Made by a program: the position numbers and the translations under genes
Shown: one piece after another, positions 37,103-50,409 of the stretch
How the letters are laid out: the number at the start of each line of letters is the position of its first letter
How positions within the stretch are numbered: the stretch's first letter is position 1
NCBI GenBank assembly: GCA_951406725.2
Contig: OX597828.1
Span: 40,858,001 to 40,922,000 of the forward strand
Origin: Octopus vulgaris
Taxonomy: Eukaryota
DNA: 64,000 nucleotides
Direction: 5' to 3'
Notes under the pieces: generated by a model
What the model saw: the letters and a program-made list of their open reading frames with translations, nothing else
Told to the model about the DNA's origin: nothing
The model's database searches: none

Positions 37103-38040
37103 TTTGTGTCTATGTTTGTTCCCCCACCATCACTTGACAACTGATGTTGGTGCGTTTACATCCCTGTAACTTAGCAGTTCAGCAAAAGAGATTAATAGGA
37201 TAAGTACTAGGCTTTCAACGAATAAGTCTTGGGGTCGATTTCTTCTAATAAAACCCCTTTAAGGTAATGTTCTGGCATGGCCACTGACAAATGACTGAAC
37301 CAGGTAAAAGAATAAAAGTGTAGGCACAGGTGCTGCTGTGTGGTATGAAGTTTGCTTCCCAAATACATGGTTCTGGGTTCAGTCCCACAGCATGGCATGG
37401 TGGGCAAGTGTCTTCTACTGTAGCCTCAGGCTGACCAGAACCTTGTAAATGGATTTGATAGATGGAAACTGAAAGAAGTCCATCACATATATATGTATGT
37501 GTATTGTGTGTGCTTAACAACCAGTTTTGACTTGTATATGTCCCTGTAACTTTCCAGTCGATTAGATTAACCCTAGTTGCAACTGGTACTTTATTTACTG
37601 ATCTCAAAAGGATGAAAGGCAAAGTCGACCTTGGCGGAATTTGAACTCAGAATGTAAAGACAAGCGAAATACTACTAAGCATTTCACCCAGCTCACTGCC
37701 TTTAATTTTTTTTTCTACTCTAGGCACAAGGCCTGAAATTTCTGGGGAGGAGGCCATTTGATTAGATCGACCCCAGTTCACAACTGGTACTTTATTTATC
37801 AACTCCAAAAGTTTCTGCCAGCTTGCCCCTTTGCTGCCTTCAATCATCATAATAATAATAATCCTTTCTGCTAAAGGCACAAGGCCTAAAATTTTGGAAA
37901 AAGTGGGTATTTGATTACATCGACTCCAGTACTTGACTGGTACTGATCTTATTGACCCTGGAAGGATGAAAGGCAAAGTTGACCTTGGCAGGATTTGAAC
38001 TCAGAACATAATGTAAAGACAGACAAAATGCTGCTAAGCA
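36858..38040. mobile_element. Cluster of two SINE A copies (+) followed by tandem SINE C fragments (-)
   Basis: Family A heads at ~36858 and ~37321; three GGTACTTTATT/GATGAAAGGCAAAGT family C segments. Confidence 0.75.
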
Positions 38041-38589
38041 TGCTTTTTTACTCATCATCATCATCGTAATTTAACATCCATTTTCCATGCTGTTTTGGGT
38101 TCGATGGTTCGACTGGAACCAATGAACCAGAGGGCTGTGCTGAGCTCCTTAGTCTGCTTTGGTATGGTTTTTACATAAGTACAGGGCCGTGAATTTTAGA
38201 GGAAGGTCCAGGTTTTTACATTGACCTCTTCCACCCTCTCTCTGCTAGACACAACAATTAACTAGGCCTTTAGTTTTATTGGCCTATAGTTTTAAAAGAA
38301 TGATTAACTCTAACTTGGTTGCATTTGAATATAAAGGGTGTTTTTTTTCTTAATTTTCTTTAGAAAAATTAAAAAGAAAAGCTTTTGTTATGAAAGCAGT
38401 GCTACAGCTAAAGAACTAAAAAAAAAACAAAAAAAATTTATACAACATTCAACTATTATTTTTATTATTATTATTATGTTGTATGATTATTATATTGCAT
38501 AATACTGTGTGGTGAGCTACCATCAGTGAAACTTAGAAACCACAGTCACCATGCATTTTGTTTAAAATAAAATATATACCATTGAAGCT

Positions 38590-38623
<34 letters not shown>

Positions 38624-38995
38624 GGTGAGGGAGGGCAATGTAAGGTGGATGACAATGGCAGCAGTGGCAGTTGTTGGTGGTGGTGGGAGGTGATGCTAAT
38701 AGTCATGATGATGGTGTGGGTGGTGAGTGGTGGTGTTGGTGGTGGTGGTGGCAGCGGTGGTGGCTGCAGCGATGGTGGGGACACTAGCAGAAGTGATGGT
38801 ATTGGTGGGATGACATTAATAGTAGTGATGATGGCAGTTGCGATGATGATGATGATGATGATGGTGGTGGTGGAGGTGGTGGTGGTGGTGGTGGTGGTTG
38901 GTGGTGGTGGTGGTGGTGGTGGTGGCGGTGGTGGCGGCGACGGTGGCTGTGGCGGTGATGATGATGGTGGTTTTAGCAGTGGCGGTGGCGTCAGT
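38590..38995. repeat. Compound (TAG)n/(GGT)n/(GAT)n low-complexity tract
   Basis: Direct reading. Confidence 0.9.
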
Positions 38996-39174
38996 AACTG
39001 TCGGTTTATTACATTGGTACAAACATTGTAAATGTTTGAATTGGTGAAAATCAATAGAGACAACAATGAGATTTAGTAAATCTATGAACTGGTACTGACT
39101 GTTGGTGGAGCTAGGTATTGTTTGAATGGTGGATGCTGTATGTGGAGTGAAGCTAGGTCTCACATTAATAAGCA

Positions 39175-40145
39175 TTTTTACTATAGGTACAAGGTCTGAA
39201 ATTTTGTGAGGAGGGGGCTAATTGATAGCATCTACCCCAGTGATCAACTGGTACTTATTTCATTGACTCCAAAAGGATGAAAGGCAAAATTGACTTAGGC
39301 AGAATTTGAACTCAAAACCTTTTGTCTGACATGCTAACGATTCTGCCAACTCACCGCCTTAGGTCTCAGAGTAATAGTGGTTTCAAATTTTGGCACAAGG
39401 CCAGCAATTTCAGGGGAGGGTCTAGTTGATTACATTGACCCCACTCCACAGCACTCACCACCACCCTGTAATTACCTCTTAGATCTAGCTCCCCTCCACA
39501 ATGCTGATCACCTCTATCATTACCCCTGGAGCTCTCTACTACCCCCCCCCATCCTTCCACCCCAGTTAAACACTCAGGGTTACAAGTACACACCTCAAAA
39601 ATATGAAAGCCAAAGTTGACCTTGATAGAATTTGATCTCAGAATGTAAAGTCAAGTGAACTGCTGCTCAGCATTTTGCCAGCTCACAGCTCTTAAACTGA
39701 TATTGATTTAAAATTATGGCACAAGGACAGTGATTGCAGGAGAGGGATCCAGTCAATTACATTGATCTTAGTATTCAACTGATACTCATTTCATCGATCC
39801 TGAAAGGATGAAAGGCAAAGTTGACCTTGATGGAATTTGAACTCAGAATGTAAAGACAAGTGAAATACTGCTATGATTTTTTTTTTCCAGCATGCTTACA
39901 ATTTTGCCAGTTCACAGCTCTTAAAATGATATTAATTTGAAATTTTGGCACAAGGACAGTAATTTCAGGGGAGGGGGTCTAGTAAATTACATTGATCCTA
40001 CTGTTCAACTGGTATTTATTTCATTAATCCCGAAAGAATGAATGGCAAACTTGACCTCTGTGGAATTTGAACACTGGACATAAATACAGGAGAAATGCTG
40101 CTAAGTGTTTTGTGAAGCGTGCTAACGATTCTGCCAGCTCACTGC
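39175..40145 (-). mobile_element. Tandem array of about four diverged SINE C copies
   Basis: Repeated GGCACAAGG...ACTGGTACT...GAAAGGCAAAGTTGACC...GAACTCAGAA...GCCAGCTCAC units. Confidence 0.75.
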
Positions 40146-40311
40146 TTTTAGGTCTTACAGAAATAATAAAGTAGGAAAATATCAAGATTTTACTGAGGTG
40201 AGGTGGTCATATTTATGGGATACCTTTGCAGTGTGATGCTCAAAACATTCATAAGTGGTAATTTGGATATGTATCTATTACAGAACTATAGGTAAGAAAT
40301 ATATGAAGTAC

Positions 40312-40700
40312 TAGGCGTAGGAGTGGCTGTGTGGTAAGTTGCTTGCTTACGAGCCACATGGTTCCAGGTTCAGTCCCACTGTGTGGCACCTTGGGCAAGT
40401 GCCTTCTACTATAGCCTCGGGCCAACCAAAGCCTCATGTGTATATATATGTGTGTATGTGTGTGTGTATATTTGCGTGTCTGTGTTTGTCCCCCCCCCCC
40501 CCCAACACCGCTTGACAACCGATGCTGATGTGTTTACGTCCCCTAACTTAGCGGTTCAGTAAAAGGAGCCCGGTAGAATAAGTACTAGGCTTACAATGAA
40601 TAAGTCCTGGGGTCGATTTGCTCGACTAAAGGCGGTGCTCCAGCATGGCTGCAGTCAAATGACTGAAACAAGTAAAAGAGTAAAAAAGAGAGAGAGAGAG
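40312..40700 (+). mobile_element. SINE family A with internal deletion
   Basis: Head and tail present; the GTGGATTTGGTAG segment is missing. Confidence 0.8.
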
Positions 40701-40702
40701 AG

Positions 40703-42010
40703 TACTATGTGGCAATGAGGACATGTTTTATTACCATGTGGTAATGAGGATATGCTGTGAGAAATACACTGGGGTACTTAGAACATAAAGTACAGTGTGG
40801 TGATGAGGGTGGAGCCACATGGCTTAATGGCTAGAGTGTTGCACTTATGATTGTAGGATTGTGGTTTTAATTCCTGAACTGGGTGCTGTGTTGTGTTCTT
40901 GAGTGAAACACTTCATTTCATGTTGTTCCAGTCCACTCAGATGGCAACAATGAGTAATCCTGTGAGAAACTGGCCTCCTGTCCTAGGTAGAAATTATATC
41001 TATATTAGAATCTGGGAAACTGGTCTTGTTCAAGAATGACCTTTGGTCCCTCTTTTTGTAGTAATGGGGGTGATGTTTGAGTGGTGTAGTAATGAGATTT
41101 TTCTGTGAGATGCAGTGTGCTGGTGAGGTTATGTTGCATGAGATATGATGGAATGGTTACAACATGTATCAGGTACAGTAGGTAGTGGGAGTATGTGCAA
41201 GGTACAGTGTGATAGTGGGGACATGTATGAAGTACAGTAGGGTAGTGAGAACATATTTTGTGAGGTACAGTGGTAGTGATAAAGATATGTTATTTGAGGT
41301 ACAGTGTGGTAGTGAGGGTATCTTGTGTAAGGTACAGTGAAAATAATAAAGACATTATTTTATGAGGTACAGTTTGATAGTGAGGACAGAAATTGTAAGG
41401 TACAGTAAAGGTAATAAAGGCAATAATGTGTGAGGTACACTGAAGGTAATAAATACAGTATTGTGTGAGGTACTATGTAGTGATGAGGATACAAATTGTA
41501 AGGTACATTGAAGGTAATATAGGAGCACTCCGTCGGTTACGACGATGAGGGTCCCAGCTGATACGATCAACGGAACAGCTTGCTTGTGGAATTAACGTGC
41601 AAGTGGCTGAGCATTCCACAGACACGTGTACCCTTAACGTAGTTCTCGAGGAGATTCAGCGTGACACAGAGTGTGACAAGGCTGGCCCTTTGAAATACAG
41701 GTACAACAGAAACAGGAAGAAAGAGTGAGAGAAAGTTGTGGTGAAAGAGTACAGCAGGGTTCACCACCACCCCCTGCCGGAGCCTTGTGAAGCTTTAGGT
41801 GTTTTCGCTCAATAAACACTCACAATGCCCGGTCTGGGAATCGAAACCGCGATCCTACGACCGCGAGTCCGCTGCCCTAACCACTGGGCCATTGCGCCTC
41901 CACTTTGAAGGTAATAAAGACAATACTGCATGAGGTGTAATTTGGTAGTGAAGACATGTGAGTTGCAGTATAGTCCTGTTGTATGATGCACAATGTGACA
42001 GTGAGGTCAT
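40703..42010. repeat. Degenerate ~33-bp minisatellite (GAGGTACAGTGTGGTAGTGAGGATATGTTGTGT-like), interrupted by SINEs
   Basis: AGGTACAGT core recurs about every 31-34 bp from 41100 to 41520 and resumes after 41905. Confidence 0.75.
41520..41904 (-). mobile_element. SINE family F, full length with TSD
   Basis: Close match to 9459-9843; 12-bp TSD TTGAAGGTAATA at 41508 and 41905. Confidence 0.9.
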
Positions 42011-42229
42011 ACACTGTGGGTCACACAGTCTGGCAATCAGCGCATATTATGCGAGATGAATTGTGTCAGTCAAAGCATGTGGCATGTTATGTATGGGTGC
42101 AGTGCAGTGTGACTAGAATGTTGCATCTGCAATACTGTCACAACAGCAACGTATTGCTAAATCTTGGTTGCAGTTCTGAATATATCTGAGAGTGTAGTTT
42201 TGGTATGAGATGGAAGGTAGACAGCAGTA

Positions 42230-43270
42230 AGAGAAAATCGAATGAAACAAACAAGAAATAGTAATAGGAAATACTTAGAGAAAAATGGCTTTTAAAAACT
42301 GATATTTTGTTCTTAATTGATTTTAGAATATTGTTGCTGAACAGGAATTTTCTGGAATTAGTGTGAAAGCAGACAGAATAAATTAGAGAAAGATAAAAGT
42401 ATGGAAGGATAGAATGAAAGAAAAAAATTTTTTTTTCTTTTAATGGAAAGAATGAAGTAGATAGAAAGTAAGGAATTTAAAAGGAAGAAATAGAAAAGAG
42501 ATGAAAATGAAAGAGAGAAACAGAGGAAAGCAAAAGGAAAAAAAAATATTTATGGAAAGAAAGGAATAAATAAACAAATTGAAAGAAAGTACAAAAGACA
42601 AGTAAAAGTAAAGGTAAATGAAATGGAAAGAAGGAGAACCCGAAGAAAAAGAAAGAAGCAAATAATTAGAAGGTGAAAGAAAGAAAGAAAGAAAGAAAGA
42701 AAGAAATTTCAAAAGAATAAAGGAGAAGGAAGAACTGGATAGAATAAAAAAGGAAAGAAAGGAAGAAAAAAGATGAATGTGAAGAAGAAATAGTCAGAAA
42801 AAATAATGAAAAGTCAAGCAAATGAAAGTAAAGAAATCAAGACAAACTGGAAGGAAATGAATGAAGAAAGACACAAAGAAGAAAATAATATAAAAACTAG
42901 AAAAATACTAAAAATAGAATAATGGAATGGTAGGGAAGAAGTCTGAAGTGGTTGGAATTGAAGGAGATCAATGAAGGAAATAAAAAGAAATGAGAATGAA
43001 AATCAAAAAAGTGGAGAGGAGGATAGTAATAAATGAAGGAAAGGATGAGGAGGATAGTAATGGACAAAGGGGAGAAGAAGGATGGAAAGTTAAGAAAGAA
43101 ATAGAGAAGGAAAACTGAAAATGTGGGAAAAAGAAGAAAAAGAGTAAAGGTGAAAAAGGAAAGATTTTTTTAAAATAAATAAAAGAAAGGAAAGGAAAAA
43201 ATCGAATGATAGGCTGAAGGACAGAATAGTTGAAAAAATAACAATAAGGAAAGAAAAGATAGAAAAAATA
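42230..43270. repeat. ~1-kb purine (A/G)-rich low-complexity tract
   Basis: Strong strand asymmetry, degenerate (GAAA)n. Confidence 0.85.
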
Positions 43271-43659
43271 ATTTTATTTCTCCTATAGACACGAGAAAAA
43301 ATTTCGAGGGAGTTGGGCAGTGGGGGTTAGTTTATTAAGTCGGTCCCAATACTTTGGCCCCTTTCAGTTGTGGGCCGACTGGGAGTTGCACTTTTTGTTG
43401 TTCTAGATTTCTGTTTGGCTGAAGCAGTTTTGCTTGTGACTGAAAAAATACCGACATGGGAATGATAGGTAGTCTCTGTTGCAGAAGATCCCATTTAAGA
43501 ATGGCCATTGGTTTATTGGAACTACTGTTATCCTTTATGCATGCCTGCTTTTATGCTGCAATGTTCATTGGCTTCTTTCTGTCTTGAAGTACCAGTTCTT
43601 CATAATCTTCTATCTCATGGGTTTGGTCGCAAGGCTCTCCATAGGTTCCATAATGATCC

Positions 43660-44160
43660 TTTCAATAATAGGTACAAGGCCTGAAATTTGGTGGAGGGTG
43701 ATAGTTGATTACATCGATCCCAGTACTCAACTGGTACTTAATTTATCGACCCCAAATGGATGAAAGGTAAAGTTTACCTTGGTGCAATATGAACTCAGAA
43801 CGTAGTGACGGGTGAAATACCACTAAGCATTTCGTCCAGCGTGCTAATAATCCTGCCAGCTCACCTCCTTGTAGGTTCCATAATAATATTGAGTAACTTT
43901 ATGTAAAGACAGACGAAATACCTATTTCTTTATTACCCACAAGGGGCTAAACACAGAGGGGACAAACAAGGACAGACATAGGTATTAAGTCGATTACATC
44001 GACCCCAGTGTGTAACTGGTACTTAATTTATCGACCCCGAAAGGATGAAAGGCAAAGTCGACCTCGGCAGAATTCGAACTCACAACGTAACACAGACAGA
44101 CGAAATACCATTAAGCATTTTGCCCAGCATGTTAACAATTCTGCCAGCTTGCCACTTTCT

Positions 44161-44202
<42 letters not shown>

Positions 44203-44400
44203 CTTTCTAATTTTGGTACAAGGCCAACAGTTTTGAAGGGCAAGGTAAGTCAAATGATGAAAGGCAAAGTTGACCTTAGTAGGGTTTGAACTCAGAATGT
44301 AAAGACTTAGAACAAATACTGCAAGGAAATTTTTATGACTTTCTAATGATTCTACCAGCTCATTACCTGTATAATTTCTGATATAGGCACAAGGCCTAAG
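43660..44400 (-). mobile_element. Cluster of SINE C copies
   Basis: Includes a well-preserved copy at ~43905-44155. Confidence 0.75.
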
Positions 44401-44547
44401 AGGAGCAGTTAGTCAATGCCATCAACTCTAACACTTGACGAGTACTTTATTTTATCAATAAAGGTAAAGCTGGCCTCAGTGAGACAGATAGACAGGCAGC
44501 TTTGTAGGTAGTCACACACACATTCTAAATATATACGTGTGTGTATG

Positions 44548-45098
44548 CGCCATTTGAGCGTGATCATTACCTGCGTCACCTTACTGGCACTTGTGCTGGT
44601 GGCACGTGAAAAAACATTTGAGCGAGGTCGTTGCCAGTGCTGCTGGACTGGCTCCTGTGCAGGTGGCACATAAAAAGCACCATTTGAGCATGGCCATTGC
44701 CAGTACCACCTGACTGGCACTCATGCTGGTGACACGTAAAAGCACCCAGTACACTCTCAGAGTGGTTGGCATTAGGAAGGTCATCCAGCTGTAGAAACTC
44801 TGCCAGATCAGATTGGAGTCTGGTGCAGCCATCTGGTTTGCCGGACCTCAGTCAAATCATCCAACCCATGCTAGCATGGAAAGCAGACGTTAAACGATGA
44901 TGATGATGATGATGATGATATATATATATATAGGCGCAGGAGTGGTTGTGTGGTAAGTAGCTTGCTAACCAACCACAAGGTTCCGGGTTCAGTCTCACTG
45001 CGTGGCATCTTGGGCAAGTGTCTTCTGCTATAGCCCCGGGCCGACCAATGCCTTGTGAGTGGATTTGGTAGAGGAAACTGAAAGAAGCCTGTCGTATA

Positions 45099-45165
<67 letters not shown>

Positions 45166-45352
45166 TTGTCCCCCTAGCATTGCTTGGCAACCGATGCTGG
45201 TGTGTTTACGTCCCTGTCACTTAGCGGTTCGGCAAAAGAAACCGATAGAATAAGTACTGGGCTTACAAAGAATAAGTCCCAGGGTCGAGTTGCTCGATTA
45301 AAGGTGGTGCTCCAGCATGGCCGCAGTCAAATGACTGAAACAAGTAAAAGAG
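44548..45352 (+). mobile_element. Family B copy (~44548-44918) followed by a full SINE A (~44931-45352)
   Basis: Diagnostic family motifs. Confidence 0.8.
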
Positions 45353-46228
45353 TATGTGTGTGTGTATACATGTGTGTATGTATGTATATATGTATATGTA
45401 TGTGTGTATATATAAATATAATATGTGTGTGTATGTACACACACATAGACATATTTTTTTATCTATTTGTTTAACCATCTACTAGTATGTCTGTCCCCTG
45501 ACCAACCTGTCTGTCTCTATATTTATTTACCTGTGTTCTTATCTACATACCTACCTGCCTACCCACCAGCCTCCATGCCTCATGGTCTGTTTGGTTTTTC
45601 CATTTTTTGTTTTTAATAAGTCTGTGTCTTTTAAGAAGCATTTCCTGTACATCTAGATAGTTCTATCATGACAGCTACTATTAATTTAACCTGACTTTCT
45701 AATATTATTTTAATAATTTTTTTTTCATTTTAGCTTTTCTATTTTTTTCCAGATAATATTTTTTCCTCTTTCTATACACATTTCATTTATTCCTTGTTTT
45801 TAGCTAATCTGTCTGATATTGTTTGAAATTATTTCTTGGTTAATACTATATTGAGAGAGTAAACTAGGGAATAAATATATGGTTACTCAATTGCTAGAAA
45901 TAACAGCCTAATATTGCTCAAGCCATACCTTTATGATTTTGAAAAATGAACCTTCCATTTATATATTTGATTTTGATTTTTGATTTTTCCAGTTTCAGCT
46001 CATGAGCTGTGGCCATGCTGGGGCACCACCATTGTTTTAAATATACTAAATCTCAAAAAAAGACCGGATCATTACTACTGGAATCTATTTGATCATGGGT
46101 CAACTAAATCAGGGCTCATCTGGTGTTAAACAACAGCAACAAAGTTTCCAGTTTACCAAATCCTTGTCTCAGTTTCACTACACAGTAACAAGTGCTTTGT
46201 ATCATATATGTATGTATGTATGTATGTA

Positions 46229-47200
46229 TAGGCGTAGGAGTGGCTGTGTGGTAAGTAGCTTGCTTACCAACTACATGGTTCCTGGTTCAGTCCCACTTCA
46301 TGGCACCTTGGGCAAGTGTCTTCTACTATAGCCTCAGGCCAACCAAAGCCTTGTGAGTGGATTTGGTAGACAGAAACTGAAAGAAGCTTGTCATATAAGT
46401 ATATATATATATGTATGTATGTGTGTGTGTATGTTTGTGTGTCTGTGGTTGTCCTCCCCAACATCGCTTGACAACCGATGCTGGTGTGTTTATGCCCCTG
46501 TAACTTAGCAGTTTGGCAAAAGAGACCAATAGAATAAGTACTGGGCTTACAAAGAATAAGTCCTGGGGTCGATTTGTTCGACTAAAAGTGGTGCTCCAGC
46601 ATGGCCACAGTCAAATGACTGAAACAAGTAAAACAGTAAAAGAAAGAGTATGTATGTATGTATGCATGTATGTATGTCTGAATGAATGAATGAATGTATA
46701 TTGATCAAACCATACAGTATTATAGATCTATTACAGCTGATTTTATTGATTGGTTTCATACCTGATGTTAGATAATGCGATGGTTATCTTCAGGGATTGC
46801 CATCCCTGAAGAGCAGTCACCATACTTTTTCCATATATGCTTTCCTTGAAAAGCACACATATGTCAGTACCCCTTGATTGGCTCCTGTGCCAGTGGCACG
46901 TAAAAAGCACCATCCAAATGTGGCCAATGCCAGTACCCCCTGACTGGCTCCCCATGCCGGTGGCCCTTAAAAAGCACTATCCAAACGTGATCAATGCCAG
47001 GCTTGCTTGACTGGCTCCTGTGCAGGTGGCATGTAAAAAGCACCCACTACACTCTTGGAGTGGTTGGCATCCAGCTGCAGAAGCATTGCCAGATCATATT
47101 GGAGCCTGGTGCAGCTGCTGGCTCTCTAGACCTCAGTCAAACCGTCCAACCCATGCCAGCATGGAAAACAGACGTTAAATGATGATGATGATGATAATGA
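46229..47200 (+). mobile_element. SINE A (~46229-46650) and family B copy (~46865-47200)
   Basis: Diagnostic family motifs. Confidence 0.8.
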
Positions 47201-47339
47201 TTAGCTAACTCTCCTGTTATCTAACATCTGGTGCAAAACTGATTGGTGAAATTGGCTGTAATTTATCTATAATCCCATATGCTTTGATTAATATCCACAC
47301 TACTTACAGACATACATGTGTATATTTTTTTCTGATTTA

Positions 47340-47640
47340 TGGATTCTTAGATTCTTTGAATGAACAGCCTTGGAGCGAACAAAATGGAGATTGTTGTGTC
47401 AAAATGGTATAAGAAACTTTGTTGCAACCAGCATTAACAAGCTTAGGAGTGCAAAGCAAAGGAGCCAAGCAGCTGCAAATATACCACCAGCACTGAACTG
47501 TAATCCTCATAGTTGCAACGTCTGTGGTCTTCTTCATGAACTGTTGGTGGGACTTAAATGTCACATTTGATATAAGCTTTGTGATTGACAAAGAAAGAGT
47601 AGGTTGTCAGATCCTCATACACCGAAACTGATGGGAGAGT
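47340..47640 (+). pseudogene. RTE (BovB-like) LINE 3' end with degenerate C-terminal zinc finger
   Basis: ALERTKWRLLCQNG...HSCNVCG...VGLKCHI resembles the A.DR..WR...CxxCG...GL.SH terminus of RTE ORF2. Confidence 0.6.
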
Positions 47641-47647
47641 ACATGAT

Positions 47648-47683
<36 letters not shown>

Positions 47684-48410
47684 GTTTAACGTCCGTTTTC
47701 CATGCTAGCATGGGTTGGACGGTTCGACTGAGGTCTGGGAAGCCAGGAGGCTGCACCAGGCTCCAGTCTGATCTGGCAGTGCTTCTACAGCTGGATGCCC
47801 TTCCTAACACCAACCACTCCGTGAGTGTAGTGGGTGTTTTTTATGTGCCACTGGCACAGGGGCCAGAGGAGGTTGGCAAACGGCCACGATTGGTTGGTGC
47901 TTTTACGTGTCACCGACACGGATGCCAGTCAGGCGGCGCTAGCATCTGCCACATTCGGACGGTGCTTTTTATGTGTCATCGACACAGGTATCTTAACTAC
48001 AATTTCCATTTGATTTTTATTTTGATGTTGATGTTGACATACTTGATTCAATAGGTCTCCTCAAGAACAGCGGGTCACTCTATGATCCGAGGTTAGCACA
48101 GCAGGCCGTCCTGCGGTGGCCCAAAAGTAGGTTTACAGTTATCACATAGGCACTTTAAATTTCTTTCGAAACATTTTATTACATTATATTAAATTTCTAT
48201 CTTACAATCATATTGTTTATATACATTTTGAACAGACATGTATGTATTTACATACATTTTGAATAGGCGTAGGAGTGGCTGTGTGGTAAGTAGCTTGCTA
48301 ACCAGCCACATGGTTCCAGGTTCAGTCCTACTGCGTGGCATCTTGGGCATCTTGGGCCGACCAATGCCTTGTGAGTGGATTTGATAGACGGAAACTGAAA
48401 GAAGTCTGTC

Positions 48411-48456
<46 letters not shown>

Positions 48457-48660
48457 TTGTATGTCTGTGTTTGTCCTCCTAGCATTGCTTCACAACCGAT
48501 GCTGGTGTGTTCACGTCCCCGTCACTTAGCGGTTCGGCAAAAGAGACCAATAGAATAAGTACTGGGCTTACAAAGAATAAGTCCCGGGGTCGAGTTGCTC
48601 GACTAAAGGCGGTGCTCCAGCATGGCCGCAGTCAAATGACTGAAACAAGTAAAAGAGTAG
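47648..48660. mobile_element. Family B reverse copy (~47648-48115) and SINE A (~48264-48660)
   Basis: Diagnostic family motifs. Confidence 0.8.
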
Positions 48661-49179
48661 ACAATGTTTAATCTCTCATTTGCTCAAAATGTCCTCCTTC
48701 AACATTGCAACCTTCTTCAAACCTATTCAGAACACTCTGACTCACAGTGTAGCACAAATTCCGATCTCCATAAATGCAAAAGAGACCGATTGAATAAGTA
48801 CTAGGCTTACAAAGAATAAGTCCTGGGGTTGATTTGTTCGACTAGAGGCAGTGCTCCAGCATGGGTGCAGTCAAATGACTAAAACAAATAAAAGAATATA
48901 TGATGGAGTAGTTTTTGTGCTCCTTCTTGAGCACCACACCCAACTCAATAACTCTCTACAAACACACTGCTTAATTAGCCACCAAATATAGAAGTATTTT
49001 ACATATTACACACATTCTTGGTAACTGATACTCTTCATTTTGCAGAGATTCTGAGACTGGTAGAAGGAAGAGAAGAGATTCTCAAAATGGAGACCTGGAT
49101 ATTGTCCACTCTTTGCACCTGAGTAGACTCTACCCACACTGGTAACCAGAGACCAAGTAATGGTGTTAAACCAGATTAA

Positions 49180-49400
49180 CCCTTTAGCATTTAAACCGGC
49201 CATATCCGGCCAAAAGTATTCTGCCTGTTTTATGTTCAAACTGGCCAGATCTTGTCTCTCACACCAACCCTACAATATCGTTTTAAAAATTAACAGCTAC
49301 CTCATCAAAATCTCATAACTACAAGATAATGCCTGATTAATTCAAATCAATGTGGATAAAAAAGGATTAACTTTGGCAGAATAATGCGAACACTAAAGGG
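49180..49400 (+). mobile_element. piggyBac-type MITE family D, intact
   Basis: TTAA-CCCTTTAG...CTAAAGGG-TTAA; further copies at ~3645, ~4540-4928 and ~51720-51837. Confidence 0.85.
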
Positions 49401-50006
49401 TTAAATCTACCTGATCACCTGCCTGCTTCCTTCTCTGTTCCCTCGTCTTTTGTTGCCTCCTCCTCTGACACCTCCCCCCTCCACACCTCCTCTTCATCAT
49501 CACCATCATCATCGTTGGTGTTGGTTCTGTTCTCACTTGCCATAAACATCATCATCACCATCATTGTCATCATCCTCTTAATCATAAGCATTGTTATCAT
49601 TACAGCATCATCATCATCATCTTCATCATTGTTATTGATACTATTCTCCTTTATCATTATAAACATCATCTTAATCATCATCACTATTACCATCCTCAAT
49701 TATTGATTCAAAAGAAACCGAAATAATTCCTGCTGTCAGTGTTTTAAAGACACATCTATGGCTGCTGTGTGTGTGTCATGTTGTGTTTATAAAGTCTGGA
49801 ACTCAGAAACTTATATTTGGCAGAGATGCTAAGTTTCCGTAAACTAATTGAATAAAAGAGACACAATTGGTGCTGTTCTCATTACTCAAATGTTAGAAAT
49901 TGAAGACTTAGTGAAGCTGTATGTGTGTGTGTATGCATGCATGTATATATTGTTGTATGTATATATGCAGCACACACGCATATGAGTGTGCGTATGTATA
50001 TATATA

Positions 50007-50089
<83 letters not shown>

Positions 50090-50109
50090 GATTATAATTA
50101 TATATATAT

Positions 50110-50409
50110 GTGGAGGCGCAATGGCCCAGTGGTCAGGGTAGCGGACTCGTGGTCGTAGGATCATGGTTTCGATTCCCAGACCGGGCGTTGTGAGTGTTTA
50201 TTGAGCGAAAACACTAAAGCTCCACAAGGCTCCGGCAGGGGGTGGTGGCGATCCCTGCTGCACCCTTTCGCCACAGCTTTCTCTCACTCTTTCTTGTGTT
50301 GGCCTGCTCACTTAGCCAGCGGGGTGGCGTCATTTGAAGGATAAAAACAATGCGAAGCGCATTGTGGCCATCGACGTATAGCAACAGCTGATAGCCTGGT
50401 CGGTCACGG
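50110..50409 (+). mobile_element. SINE with family F tRNA head and a different RTE-derived tail
   Basis: Same head as 9459-9843; tail GCGCATTGTGGCCATCGACGT...CTGATAGCCTGGTCGGTCAC resembles the RTE 3' end at 17095-17160. Confidence 0.8.

Noticed and set aside
38533-39175. Pro-, Gly- and His-rich ORFs
   Set aside because: Trinucleotide low-complexity tract open in several frames; the same applies to the many YI/CV/HT, poly-I, poly-D and poly-N ORFs in the track
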